63,347 bases of DNA, filler included, from Olpidium bornovanus S191 (GCA_017911155.1; 30 parts of 30 records of this genome joined end to end with filler, not necessarily neighbours in it); one strand, 5' to 3'. Shown: positions 22,758-34,900, numbered from the whole stretch's first letter. Numbers and translations are program-made. Notes: generated by a model not told the origin, from the sequence alone.

Positions 22758-24757
22758 GTGCGGAAAGAGAAACAGATTTTAGCCTTTCTGCGTGGCGTAC
22801 TTGAGAAGGACCCTGCTACGGAGTGGCGGTATCTTCGAGAGGAAGGAAAGGTGGCCACTCTTACCCTGGCGTGGCGCCATCTCGAGAGCCGCTTTGGTCG
22901 GAAGAAGCAGGATTCTATTGCGCTGAGGCGTCTACTCGACATTGAATGGAAGGAAGATGACACGGTACACAGCCGCCACGACCGTATTCGTCGCCGTGCC
23001 CGTGAGGCTTTGGAACGTCCGGATGCTCCTTTGGTCAAAGACGTCTTCATCGGTGCTCGTCGACCGCTTAAACTCCGCATACGTGTTGAGGACGCTGAGC
23101 CTAAAACGTTAGACGAGGCCTACACGGTTGCCAAACGGGTCATCGATACTATGCGACGGGCGCAACGCGCCTGTGAACGCGACCAGTTACGCTGCAAATC
23201 GGGACATAGTCGCAGTCACCTCGATGATGTCGCCAGCTCTTCCGCGTCGGAATCTACCCTTTCGGAAGCAGACTCGGTGGAAGCCGACGAGGCGGACTCC
23301 TAGCCGGACCTTACAGATTCCGAAGAGGATGCACGCCCTACAAAGCCCCACCGTCGTCACCACACTCGTGAGGCACCGTCACGCACGAAAGAGAAGGTGC
23401 CACAAGCAAAAACCCAGACCAAGCCCTCCTCAGTAGACCCTGCTATCGAGGCCGTGACGGCGGCGTTAGCGCGCATGACGCTCCCCATTCAGCAATGGAT
23501 GGAGCAGATTCACACCCAAGCGCAGGACATAGATCAACTACGCCAAGCCCTTTGCTACCTAGTGGAGCAAGAGAGGCACTGTCAACAGCGTACACGATTC
23601 AATCGTGAAGGCGAAGGGGGTGTTATTTGTTTTAACTGTGGAGAAGCGGGACACCTTTCCCTCGAATGCACTAAACCGCATGCCGCTCAACCGAACCCGT
23701 CGACAGGTGCTAACACTGAGCCGTTGAAAGATCGGCCGGCTGCGCCGTAGGGACCGGCGTGGTTGGCGATCCCCAGTCTCTTTTGTTTTCAGCCACGGAA
23801 ATCGGCTCCCACGACCTCACTTTGGCCGCCCGTGAGCACGAGGACCCGGTTGGGATGGTGACTGACGAGAAATCAATTGAGGGTGACTCATTTGCTGTCA
23901 AGCGCAAACTCAGGGAATTACTAAACGAAGCCGAAGTCGTACTTCGCCTTCCTGCAAAGCGGGGCAGACGACCCGCTAGAAGCATTGAATTTGATCTTAC
24001 TCCTGAGACTATTCCAACCCCCATATCAGCCGCAAACCCACCCGGGGTACAAGAGGAACTCGATTGCGTCCTGCGTGACCCGGAGTCTGAGCAACTGTCA
24101 TCGGAGCACCCGGCGCGTCCACGTCCACGTGAGCGACCCTCTGAGCGGATTACCCCTCTCCGTATCAATGACGGGGAAACATTTGATATTATTGCCCAGA
24201 TCCGCAAATTAACCGTTACCATGCCACTGATGCGCTTCCTGGAAAACTCACCTTCGGAACACAGGTGGTTCCTCCACTTGCTGCAGAAAGAACGTCGTGG
24301 ACCGCCCGCCATTCCTGCCGCTGACTATCTCGAGCCTAACCCTCCTGTCGCCGTGACGCTCTTCTCTGCTGAAGATGTCATCTCGGCTTATACTCGTACA
24401 GAAGAGATCCGACGGTCCTGCGTCGATGCTTACGGCACCACCCATGGAGCGACGACCCCCGTTCTTGTCGTGACGGTGAATGACGTCCCCGCTCTGGCCG
24501 GTGTTGATGATGGTAGCGACGGCAGCTTCGTTCACCCCAACTTCGTTCAGGCCGGTCGTCCTCCTGTCGACACGGCTACACGGAAAACGTATCGCGGCAT
24601 GGAGGGGGGTGAAGTGCGGACCGCTGGTACTGTGTCTGTCACCCTTCGTGTCGGGTTCGAAGGCCAGACCCTTCGCCAACTCCCACTTTTCGAAGGTGCC
24701 TGGAAGTTGGAGGCCATGTCCACGTGCCCTTTCGATCTCCTCTTAGGACGGGATTAG
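22758..24757 (+). mobile_element. Decayed Ty3/gypsy gag-zinc knuckle-protease region
   Basis: Gag capsid-like segment (EPKTLDEAYTVAKRV) is interrupted by an in-frame TAG at 23301-23303, then CCHC knuckle CFNCGEAGHLSLEC. A -1 frame ORF carries FDIIAQIRKLTVTMPLMRFL and an aspartic-protease-like VDDGSDGSF...DLLLGRD*. No RT follows. Confidence 0.85.
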
Positions 24758-25024
24758 CTGCTTCAACACTCCGTCATTGTGGGCAATGTGGCAGGCACGC
24801 AGGGTATGTATGTTCTCCCTTTGTAAGGCGGAACTGGCAATCACAGCATTGCCTATGGCTGGGGTCACCTGCCGCGCGGTTGGCCCTTGCAGCTCCAGCA
24901 ACTCCGGGACGCCATGGCCTGGAACCTTTACCCCTACGTCAATTGGGGCGCGATCGTACGCGACGCTTTTGCGTTTTGTCTTTGTTTGCTCCATTGCTTT
25001 TGCCGTCGACGACAGCTGCTGACG

Positions 25025-26304
25025 ATGCCCTCGCCGCGTCGTCGACGCCGCAAAGGCGCGACGCCGCTGCCGTTGTCGCCCCACGTCACGGCGACCCGCG
25101 CCGCTCCCCCGCAGACGGCAATGGCGCCGTCAAACCCGTCGAACTCCGCTGTTCGTTCGGCCGCATCATCACCCGCGCCCGTCGACCCCGCCGCCGTCCC
25201 CATTCCGCCGTCGCCGTCCCTCGACGCACGGATGGACCTACCACCGCTTCGCGTTCCCCTGTTCATACCCGAACAGGCCGCGCCCGACGCCACTCCCGCC
25301 GCCACGCCCGCCGCGACCGCCGCTCCGTCCGCCCGCATTGGACTCGAAGCGAGCTGCCAAAACCCGGCTTCCGCCCCCGCCGTCGATGCTCTCCTTCGAC
25401 AGCAGAAGCTGGCTGGCCTCGCTGAGTGGCGCGCTTCCATCGTTGCCCGCGTCGGTGCTGTTACCGCGGCTGCGCTTTTAACCAACGTTGACGCCGCCCT
25501 TCCCGCCATCGTCGACGACCCGTCCATTTCGTTGCAGGAGTTGAGCGTTACCTGCGCTTCGCTCGACGAGCGCCTCATCGAGATGGCTGCCTCGTACCGT
25601 GCGTCGAGCCGCTCCCTGTCGCTTCTCCAGGCGAGCCTCGACCGCACGGCTGCTCAACTCGCGGACCCATTGACGACCGTTCGCCCGTCGACCGCAACCG
25701 CGCGTATTCCGTCGCGTTCGCCCCCCGCTCGGTCGTCATCGTTCTTCGACGAACCGCCGCCGCCGCCGCCGATGATCGTCCTCCTCGTCGACTGAAAGCT
25801 CGTCCGAATCGTCGTCTTCCGATTCGGAGGAGGATCGCTCGCCGTCCCCGACCTCCTGCTGTCTCTCTGGTGGTGCTGCGTCGACCGGCGTTTCCCGTGT
25901 CGTCCCTCACTGCCGCCGAGTCTGCATGTCTCCCGTGTGGGACAATGCACTCCAGTGTGGAGGTGGATGGATCGCGTGGAAGCAGCGCTTCCTTTCCGAA
26001 GCTCGAGCTCTCTGGGACCTTTACCGAGGCCCAGAAGCTTGCCGAATTGCGCAACAACGTCGTCCCCGAGTTGTGCAGCTTCCTGAACTGGGACATGGAG
26101 CGTCATCGTCCGCTTTCGACGCTCCAGGAAGACCTCGATGTGCTTGCTAATCTGTACGCGTCATCCTATGCGTTGAACCAGACGCAGATTTTCGCATCGA
26201 AGGTCGCCCAGCTTCGTCAGGAGCCTGCCGAAAGCATGGCCGCGTACCTCGCGAAAGCGAACGCGCTATGCATCGAATATGCTGCGGAGAGCAACCTCCG
26301 ACCC
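25025..26304 (+). mobile_element. Second, frameshifted retrotransposon gag-like ORF; 3'-partial
   Basis: Intronless Pro/Ala-rich leader, then PVWDNALQCGGGWIAWKQRFLSEARAL in one frame continuing as TEAQKLAELRNNV...LRQEPAESMAAYLAKANAL in another (LxQ..ES..xY gag motif). Confidence 0.6.
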
Positions 26305-26404
26305 NNNNNNNNNNNNNNNNNNNNNNNNNNNNNNNNNNNNNNNNNNNNTTAATTAATTAANNNNNNNNNNNNNNNNNNNNNNNNNNNNNNNNNNNNNNNN
26401 NNNN

Positions 26405-26565
26405 CATGGTTAGGTGAAGATAATCAGACCTGCTGATCGGGGGTTAGATGACTAGGGATCGGGGGTTAGATGAAGAGGGATCGGTGGTTAGATGAAGAGG
26501 GATGGTCAGTCAGACCTGCTGATCGGAGGGATGGTGAGTCAGACTTACTTGATCGGGTGATAAAG
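26405..26565. repeat. Degenerate short tandem repeats
   Basis: About three copies of gggatcgg(g/t)ggttagatga and two of gtcagacctgctgatcgg-like units. Confidence 0.55.
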
Positions 26566-27574
26566 GGAGTCCTGGGAGGTGGGGTCGTGGTTGGGGTTGG
26601 GGGGCGGGCAGTTGATTTTTATATAATCGAATTCCGTGGCTCCCGTTCTACTCTCCTTTCCCCCCGCCCTTTTCCCCCCTGTGCGCTTTTCCCGCGCGCT
26701 GTGGGCGCCGCGGCCCCTTGTCCCGCGCGGGAGAGGGCGGGAGGGCCCCGTGAAAATAAATTAATTGTAAAAATTTCCGACTTGCCCGCGAATTTATTAC
26801 CGCGTACATATCTCCGAACCAGTAAAAAACCCGGCGTGGGCCCAAATGCGCACGCGGGGCACACGCGGCCCATCGGGCCCTCCCCCAAATGCCCTTTCTC
26901 TTGCCAGGGGCGGGCAGCACGCTCCAGCAGTCTCATCCTTTCCTTCCGGCCAGCTCTTCAGTTGAGACCCCCTTTAATCCCTCTCAGCAATCATTGGTGG
27001 GCGGCAACGGGCACCGCTGCCCTCCTCGCTGGCCGTTGCCGCCCACCAAAGGCGCCTTCTAGAAGCCGCCGGGGCGCAGTCGCCGTCTTCGCCACACGCA
27101 GTCGAGTGCTTCGCTTTGCCGCCGGCGCAGGCCCGTCGCTCGCTAGCTCGGCCCAACCCAAGCTCGCGTTTGCCTTTTGAGCGTTCGCGTTTTGCCCCGG
27201 CGACCATCCCGCTTTCTCGCTCCGCCTTCACCCGTTCGCACCGCCGGGCCCTGTCGCTTTCGTTGCTTCGAGCTTCGGCATCGCCGCCGCCTTCCGCTAA
27301 TTGAAGTGCGGCACAGCTCAATTCGCTCATGGTATATGCCGCGGTAACGATTCGCCCGCCCGAACAAGTTTTGGTAGAAGGGCCGAAGCCCGTCCTGCCG
27401 GCCCCACAGCCGAGGGTGTGACCGTCGCGTCGCGTGTTGCCAAGCCGNNNNNNNNNNNNNNNNNNNNNNNNNNNNNNNNNNNNNNNNNNNNTTAATTAAT
27501 TAANNNNNNNNNNNNNNNNNNNNNNNNNNNNNNNNNNNNNNNNNNNNCCCTCCGGCCCGCCCGTCCCCCGCAGG

Positions 27575-27609
<35 letters not shown>

Positions 27610-27685
27610 GAACAGAAAAAAGAAAAAATTGTACGAAAGAAAAGAAGTCCCGTAGGAAGTCGCGAAAAAAGGGGCCCCGCGCGGG

Positions 27686-29171
27686 ATGGACTACTTCCGC
27701 TCCGCGAAGGTTCTGAAGCCGCTCAACGTGGCGACCTTCGTGGTCGTCGCCGTCGTCAGCGCGATAGGCGGATCGAGCGCCGTTTTCGGCGGAAACAGCG
27801 TCGCTTCCGTGTCCAGAAAGAACCCCACGTTCATCACTCCCGCCCCTTATGCCTTCGTACGTTTCCTGAAATAAGATGATGCCCGTTCGCGCGGTGGTTT
27901 TTTTTTTCCCTCCTTCGCCGGCCTGTCGAGTTGCGGGCTCTGCGTCAAAGCGGGAACAAAAACGCAAGCCATCACCTCCCCCCCTCTCTCCCCCGTCCCC
28001 TCCCCACCGCCCCGGAAACGTGGCCGGACAACAGGCCGTTGTGGACCAAGGTCTTCGCGCGCCGTGCTGTTCGCGGGGCTGCGAAGAAAACCATCGCTTC
28101 ACCCCTGACATTTTTGTACCCTGTTTCTATGGGATTGTGGTCCGTCGCAACGCGTTCCCCGCAACAGTCCATATGGTCGATCATATACTTCTTCCTTGCC
28201 GGGTTCAACATCTACCAGGCGCTGCCGATCGCACCGCCGGATATCGTATTCGAAGGGATCGGACCGTTCTGGATCATCAACGGGTTTCACCTGGTCGCCT
28301 GGATCTTGGCGTGGAATTATGAAGCCTTGGTGAGTTGAAAAGATGGCCATGAAAAGGATTATGATTTAGGATCCAGGTTCATATAGTCATCGTCGTTGTT
28401 GGTAGACGGATGTCGCGTGTACTCAGGCTGACTCATACGACTTCTCGTTTCAGTGGTTGTCTGAGATCATAATGCTCGGCCTATTCATCTCTTTCGCAAC
28501 CCTTTACCTTCGGATTGGCCAGTACTGGTCCCCCGCATTGTCGTGGAGCGATTATCTGCTCATTTACTTTCCTTTCAGCCTCTACGGTGGATGGTGAGTG
28601 CTGCTTCGTCGCTAATTCCCTTTTGCGGCTTGCGAGCTCGTCTACTCGTCTGCGTGATGCGGCGCGTTGATTTTTAAAATGCCTATCTACGTGATGCGTG
28701 TTGCGGCCCCTTCGACACACGGATTTGCCCGTCACGTGATTCACTAGGATCACGATTGCCGCCATAATCAACACCTACGTCGTCTCGACATCGCTTGAGG
28801 GTGGCCCGGACGGTTACTACGCGCACTCTGGCATAGTCGGACTTGCGATCGCCGCCGTCCTGGCCACCATCGTGTCCGGCTTCCTAGAGCGCCGCGACGG
28901 CGTATTCGCCGCTGTAATTGTCTGGGGCTTGATCGGGATCTGGAAAAACCAGGCGTTCGTCCCTGTCATCCGCGACGGTAAAGCTTGGCATCCTTCGTTT
29001 ATTTTATTTCAATTTCTTTTTTATTGCGACTTTCAACCTGAAAATAACCCGGGCCGAATACCAGTATCCATGTTCTTCGCCGGCTGGCTCGTCGGCCTCA
29101 TCCTGATCGTCGATGTCGGGTACCGGATCCTCGAGCGGCACATCCACGGGAACCAACCCGCTCTCATCTGA
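27686..29171 (+). CDS. TspO/tryptophan-rich sensory protein-like multi-pass membrane protein; spliced, apparently complete
   Basis: NPTFITPAPYAF|SIWSIIYFFLAGFNIYQ (TPAxYAFSIWxxIY motif), AWILAWNYE, FPFSLYGGW|ITIAAIIN, DGVFAAVIVWGLIGI. Five GT-AG-bounded exons, ending TGA at 29171. Confidence 0.75.
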
Positions 29172-29697
29172 TGCATTTCGCACACGTTGCTTCCTGGGTC
29201 CAGAGCTGGCAATCCCGCGGCAAATTCCAGAATTGATGCGATGCTCATCAAAATGGCACTGGAAGCCCGAGATCAGTCACTGGCAGGTTTCGCATCCGCC
29301 ACCGGGGCCACGTTGTTCACACCCTTCCTCTATTATTTCATTCGGCTATACCTAGTTCTCCGTTTTAACATGGGCGTCATACGCTAACCGTAGGGGGGTT
29401 TAAATTACTGTTTTCCGACAAGTCGGATCACACATTCCCTAACGTCGTTTCTGCAGTTTTGTGCTATGACATGTACGGAATGTAATAAACGAAATAGGAC
29501 GGGGCGTCCCACCGTTGAGACATTTGTCGCCGAAGTTAAAGCGAGTGTACAGTGGAAATCTGCAACCGGCTGTGGGCGGGTTGGCGACNNNNNNNNNNNN
29601 NNNNNNNNNNNNNNNNNNNNNNNNNNNNNNNNTTAATTAATTAANNNNNNNNNNNNNNNNNNNNNNNNNNNNNNNNNNNNNNNNNNNNGGCGGGTGT

Positions 29698-29734
<37 letters not shown>

Positions 29735-30056
29735 GGGGGGGGGGGGGGGGGGGGGGGGGGAGGGGAGGAGGGGGATAGGAAGAACGAAGTGGTTTGCGAA
29801 GGTCCTGTCAACCAAACTCGCCGACATGCTTATTTTATATACAGAGGGGGAGGGGAGGGTTTATGATGAAGTGAGTCGACCAAAATTGAAGCCAGAAACC
29901 ACCTATTAACTGTGTGCCCGCGCCGGCTGCCGCAATGCAGAATCTCCCGGGGGGGCGTGGAATGCCGCCCACGCTCGCCACCCTGGTCCGCCTTCTTTGC
30001 CCAATCTTTTTTCCTTTCCGATCAACGAGGGCCACGCTCGCCGATGCTCCAAAATG

Positions 30057-31695
30057 TCACCCCTTGGACGCCCGCCGGGCCTCCCTGGCCGCCGCGGCCG
30101 ACGCTTGCTGGTTGGCCATGCCCATCATCATGGGCGGGCTGGGCCGTCGCCGACCGCCGCCCAGAGGCCCTTTTCCGCCTTTGTGCGAGGCCAGCTCCAG
30201 CGGCTTGAGGAGCTCGAACGAGCAGAGAAGGTCCTCTCCGACGCACATTACGGCTCCAAAGTTGTCAAATTCCCCGCAGTAATTGGGAGCGGAGAAAACC
30301 GTCACCAGGGAACGGTTGTCGAAGAACTCGTAACCGTCTGCGACATCCAAAAAGTTCCCGGTCAGCAAAATAGGGATTTTACAGGAGTAGGGTTGTCCAG
30401 CCGAACCAGTCGAACCACAAACGCGACAGCAAAAATAAAGAAAGAAAAAAAAAACAAACGAGTAAAAAAGATACTCGGCTAACCACCATTCGAAAACTAA
30501 TAAAGAAAGGCTCGTACCTTCGACTGCAGAAATCACCGATTCGGTTTCGATAAAGAGAATCAGTTAGCGCGCACAAAACAAAAAGCACGCGAGGTTCCTC
30601 AGGAACGCAATAAACCCCCTCTCGGATAAAGGACGGCGGTACAACAGATGTCGGCTCATGATACCCACCAACCATGTGTGCCCGGCACACGAGATCGAAG
30701 TCGTGCCGTCGCAAAAAGTCTTCGATGATGGTCCTGCCGAAACAATAGCTGACGCCGCGCTCGTTATCCTCCCAATCGGTTGCCGTTTCGGACGGGTCGC
30801 TCCACAGCAGGTCGTTCAGCAGGCCAAAGTCCGGCACGTCCGTCGGCCGCTCCACGGCTCGGATGTCATCCATGCTATTGAGAGAAGGGCTGAGACCGCC
30901 GTGCACGCAGAAGATCTTTCCTGCGACGACGGCCGCGATAGGGAGGGTGTTGAAGACGTCGACAAACATCTTCCACATCTTGATTGTGGTTCGTCGCTTG
31001 CACTCGTCGTAGAAACCGTACACTGGCGGCGGTGGCAAAAAAAAAAAAAAACACCGTTCGCGGCAACGAACAGGAACGTTTAAGCGCGCTCGTCGTTCCG
31101 TTGGCACGACGAAGCGAACCGTCGGCCTTCTGGCAAAAACGCACCGCGAGTAACGTTGGCGCACTCGTGGTTCCCCCGCAAGAGGAAAAAGTTTTCCGGA
31201 TACTTGATCTTGTAGGACAGGAGCAGCAAGATAGTTTCGAGGCTCTGCTTTCCTCGGTCGACGTAGTCGCCGAGGAACAAGAAGTTCGAAAACGGCGGAA
31301 ACCCGCACATGTCGAAGAGGCGAAGAAGGTCGGTGTACTGACCGTGAACGTCGCCGACAATCTTCACCGGTGGTGAAATCTCGATGAGAGCCGGCTGGGA
31401 AAGGAAGATCTCGCGCGCCGCGTTGCAGATGGCCGCAATCTCCGAGTTCTTGAGACAGACGTTTTTTGAGACCTTCCCGGTGGAACCAGCATCGAGCAAT
31501 CTTTGGATGGCGTCGTCCACATCCACGATCTTCTGTAGTTTTTCCGTCGCGGACCCCCGACCGCTGTGTCCCGGAGGGCCTCCGCTAAACCCCGGACCGG
31601 ACTGCGAGTCGTACGAAATCGGCGACACCTGTGAACCGGCCGAACCGGCAGAAGGCGACAACACGTTCGCGATGCCGTCGTTCGCGTCCAGGGTA
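30057..31695 (-). CDS. PPZ1: Ser/Thr protein phosphatase PP-Z (PPP family); spliced, 5'-partial
   Basis: [43 protein letters not shown]|[29 protein letters not shown]|VE|[18 protein letters not shown]. The N-terminal extension and [14 protein letters not shown] are typical of Ppz rather than Glc7. Confidence 0.92.
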
Positions 31696-31863
31696 CTTTC
31701 CAGTAAAAAGAAGGAAAAAAGAAAACCACACACCCCCCGCCGCTGTTAGTTCGGACCTCAAACCGCAGAGAGAAGTTTGAGCCGGACTCCGAGGTGGCGC
31801 TCCCAAGTCCTGTCCGGTCGGAAACACGGGGCTTTCCCGGGCCCGCACACGAAAAGGCCCCCC

Positions 31864-31912
<49 letters not shown>

Positions 31913-32423
31913 CGCCCCCANNNNNNNNNNNNNNNNNNNNNNNNNNNNNNNNNNNNNNNNNNNNTTAATTAATTAANNNNNNNNNNNNNNNNNNNNNNNN
32001 NNNNNNNNNNNNNNNNNNNNCATGACGCGGGCGGAAAATGCCATCGTAACCCAGGCACAATGACGGATAACTCGTCTACTGTCTTTGTTGCTTGTGACGA
32101 AGCTCCATACTGGCCGTTTGCGTCACCATTGGATCTAACAGGTCTACTCGGGGTTTTCCCACCCTTCGGAAACGGCACCTCGGCGGGGCAGGAATGCTTT
32201 TTCCTGGGCGTCGTGCTGCGGGTAGATTTGCGGTTTGGCCGCGGCCTCTGCTTTGCCAGCGGCTCAGGCGGGGAAAGGGGGCTCGCGTTTGGCTCAAACA
32301 AACACATGCAGTCCCGGACAGGGTAATTTTTAGAAGGGCAAACCGCCGACCGTGTCGAAGCCGGCAGAGCGCGCCGCCGTCGTTCGCGAAGGGAAGACGT
32401 CGGACCCCCCCCCCACCCCCCTC

Positions 32424-32990
32424 ATGGCCGACGCCGTGCTGGAGCTGCCCGCCGCGGCGGATATGCACGTGCATCTCAGGCAGGGGTCTCTCATGCGGAT
32501 GGTGGTGCCGAAGCTGTGCGACGGCGGCGTCGGGATAGCGTATGTCATGGTGCGCGCCCCGTGCTGCTTCTTTCGTTTTGCCGGCATAAACCCGGAGCGG
32601 GGCCCGGTTGTGCACGCGGCGCGGGACGCGGGGGTGGGGGGGAAGGGAAGCCTGAAGCCCCGGCCGTCCGTTCGCGCACCGCGACGCGCCTGCCATGTTC
32701 GCATGGAAACGTGAAGGTCCCGCGTGTCCGTCTCGTGCTGTAGAGGGGGGGAGGGAAAAAAAAAAAAAGAAAAAAAGAAAACAGAAAAAAACATGCTTAC
32801 TGAACTTTCGTTCTACGCGCGCAGCCAAACCTCCAGCCGCCCTTGACGACCGTGGCGCAAGCCGTGGCCTACCGCGCGGAACTCGAGAAGCTGGTGCCGC
32901 CGGGCAGCGTTACGTTCATGATGACCCTGTATCTTTGCCCGGACCTGACCCCGGATGAGATATGGAAAGCGAAGGAGGCGGGAATCGCCG
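32424..32990 (+). CDS. URA4: Dihydroorotase (monofunctional, Ura4/PyrC type); 5' exons, 3'-partial
   Basis: LELPAAADMHVHLRQG (HxH zinc motif)...IAYVM|PNLQPPLTT...FMMTLYLCPDLTPDEIWKAKEAGIAG. Confidence 0.92.
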
Positions 32991-33421
32991 GTTAGTGGTC
33001 GCGATGGAGTGCAGAAAGTTTTTGCAGCTGTCAGGAAGGAGGTCCCCTGCTGCCGGATCAGGGCAGGCCCTTGGGTCCTTACTGCTCGCGCCTCAAACGC
33101 TACCGCTGTGAACTCCCCTATGCGAAAATCATGNNNNNNNNNNNNNNNNNNNNNNNNNNNNNNNNNNNNNNNNNNNNTTAATTAATTAANNNNNNNNNNN
33201 NNNNNNNNNNNNNNNNNNNNNNNNNNNNNNNNNAGGTCTCCATCTCCGTACAGAGCTTGAGAAACGTAATTTTTTAAGGGGGAGAGGAGGAGGGGGGGGG
33301 TTTGCCGAACAGCCCGGGAGGGAAATTTGTCAGGAAAGGCTTCTTCCTCCCATGCCCTCTCCCCTTCAGAAGATTTCGTAAGTTTCGTTTCAACATCCCC
33401 GCCCCTAAGGTCGGAATCCCG

Positions 33422-33524
<103 letters not shown>

Positions 33525-33539
33525 CTTTCTCTCACTCAC

Positions 33540-34151
33540 CTTTCTTCCCGCGTTTTTGACGGCTATCTCTGCCTGGAGATATTCGAGCATGTTGTCCCGC
33601 GACTGCATTGACCGTCGGAGCTCCAGATCCTCGAACTCGCCGAACGCGGCTGAAAACTCGTGTTCGAGGGCCTGCCGCTTTTGCTCCAAGTCATTGATCG
33701 CCTCCCGATATTTGCGGTCTGTTCTCCCACCGGCGCCCGCCCACCCGTCGCCAACCCCCCGGGGTCCCCGACACGATCTCAGTATTAAGGTGTATTAAAA
33801 TCCCATCAACATTTTTCGTTTCTTTTTTTTTTTGATCAGCATCAAGCCCCTCAATTTTTTTTTTCCTTTTTTTGATTTCCCCCCACTTTTTTGCCTATAC
33901 ATACATTCCTCCTCGACGGCGTTCTCCACCTGTTTCATCGGCTCGTCCCTCAGGGAACCCATGAGGTTTTCGAGACCTTTTTTCGCGGACATGAACTTGC
34001 TCTGCTTTGCGGCGGCGCCGGTGTGGCCGCCGCCGCCGCCGCCGCTGCCGTCGGCGCTCAGCAGCAGCAGCTCCAGCTTCTGGCACTTCTGGTCGTACGA
34101 CCTCTTGGCCTTACGCAGGCCCGCCTTCGCGTATCCGTAGGCGTCGGTGCT
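33540..34151 (-). CDS. F-BAR/FCH-like coiled-coil domain protein, two internal exons
   Basis: [20 protein letters not shown]... and [45 protein letters not shown], with GT-AG borders. Similar to F-BAR helices (QxxExxR motif). Subfamily not assignable. Confidence 0.5.
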
Positions 34152-34385
34152 CTGGCGGAGCCGGCCGCGCAACAGCTGGTAACGCTTGGTCGTTTCCCCC
34201 TGGGGGAAGGGTGTGGGGGACAGAGGAGCGGGGGGGGGGGGGGGGGGGGGGAGGGGGCGTTTTTGTAAAGGGGGCGGGGGGGGGGNNNNNNNNNNNNNNN
34301 NNNNNNNNNNNNNNNNNNNNNNNNNNNNNTTAATTAATTAANNNNNNNNNNNNNNNNNNNNNNNNNNNNNNNNNNNNNNNNNNNN

Positions 34386-34900
34386 CATGTGATGCGATCC
34401 AGCCGCAAGGACCCCGCGAACATCGTCCGCAGCACGTCCTTCAAGCATCGGGCGAGCTCGAAGAAACTTTGCGTCGCCGGCGCCGTCGTCTCAATCTCAC
34501 GGGCGAAATCTTCCAGGTCCGCCTTAATGTCCACCAAAATCTTCGCACCGTCCGGCAGCTTTGCGACCGTTTCAAAAACCGTCTGGCACTCGGGCTGCGG
34601 TCGCTCCGGCCGGCGGAGGACCTCGATCTTGCCAATCGAGTCGCTCGCGCCGTTTTCCTCCGCGTTCGGCGCCTCGCTGGCGCTCCGGTATGCGTCACAT
34701 GCGACTGCGGTGTGCAGCCGGCCAACTTCTCGCCACAGCTCGCCAAGATGGCGCTTCTTATCCTCCTGCAACGTCTTTCTCCGGTAAGATTTTTTTTTCC
34801 CGACTCTGCTGTCGGCAGAAGGTGATCTGAAACGGTCACCTTCGCCAACCTTCCGTAAGCTCTTGTCCACGTTTCCGCTTCCCAGGTAGCTCCGCAGTAT
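34386..34900 (-). CDS. Hypothetical protein exon running off the contig
   Basis: Open, protein-like frame (LGELWREVGRLHTAVAC...ILVDIKADLEDFAREIE...FFELARCLKDVLRTMF). No family recognised. Confidence 0.35.

Noticed and set aside
23301-24757. Possible TAG reassignment (in-frame TAGs in gag and protease; several confident host genes end in TGA)
   Set aside because: No in-frame TAG occurs in any conserved host exon. The TAGs are confined to decayed transposons and the sample of stop codons is too small.
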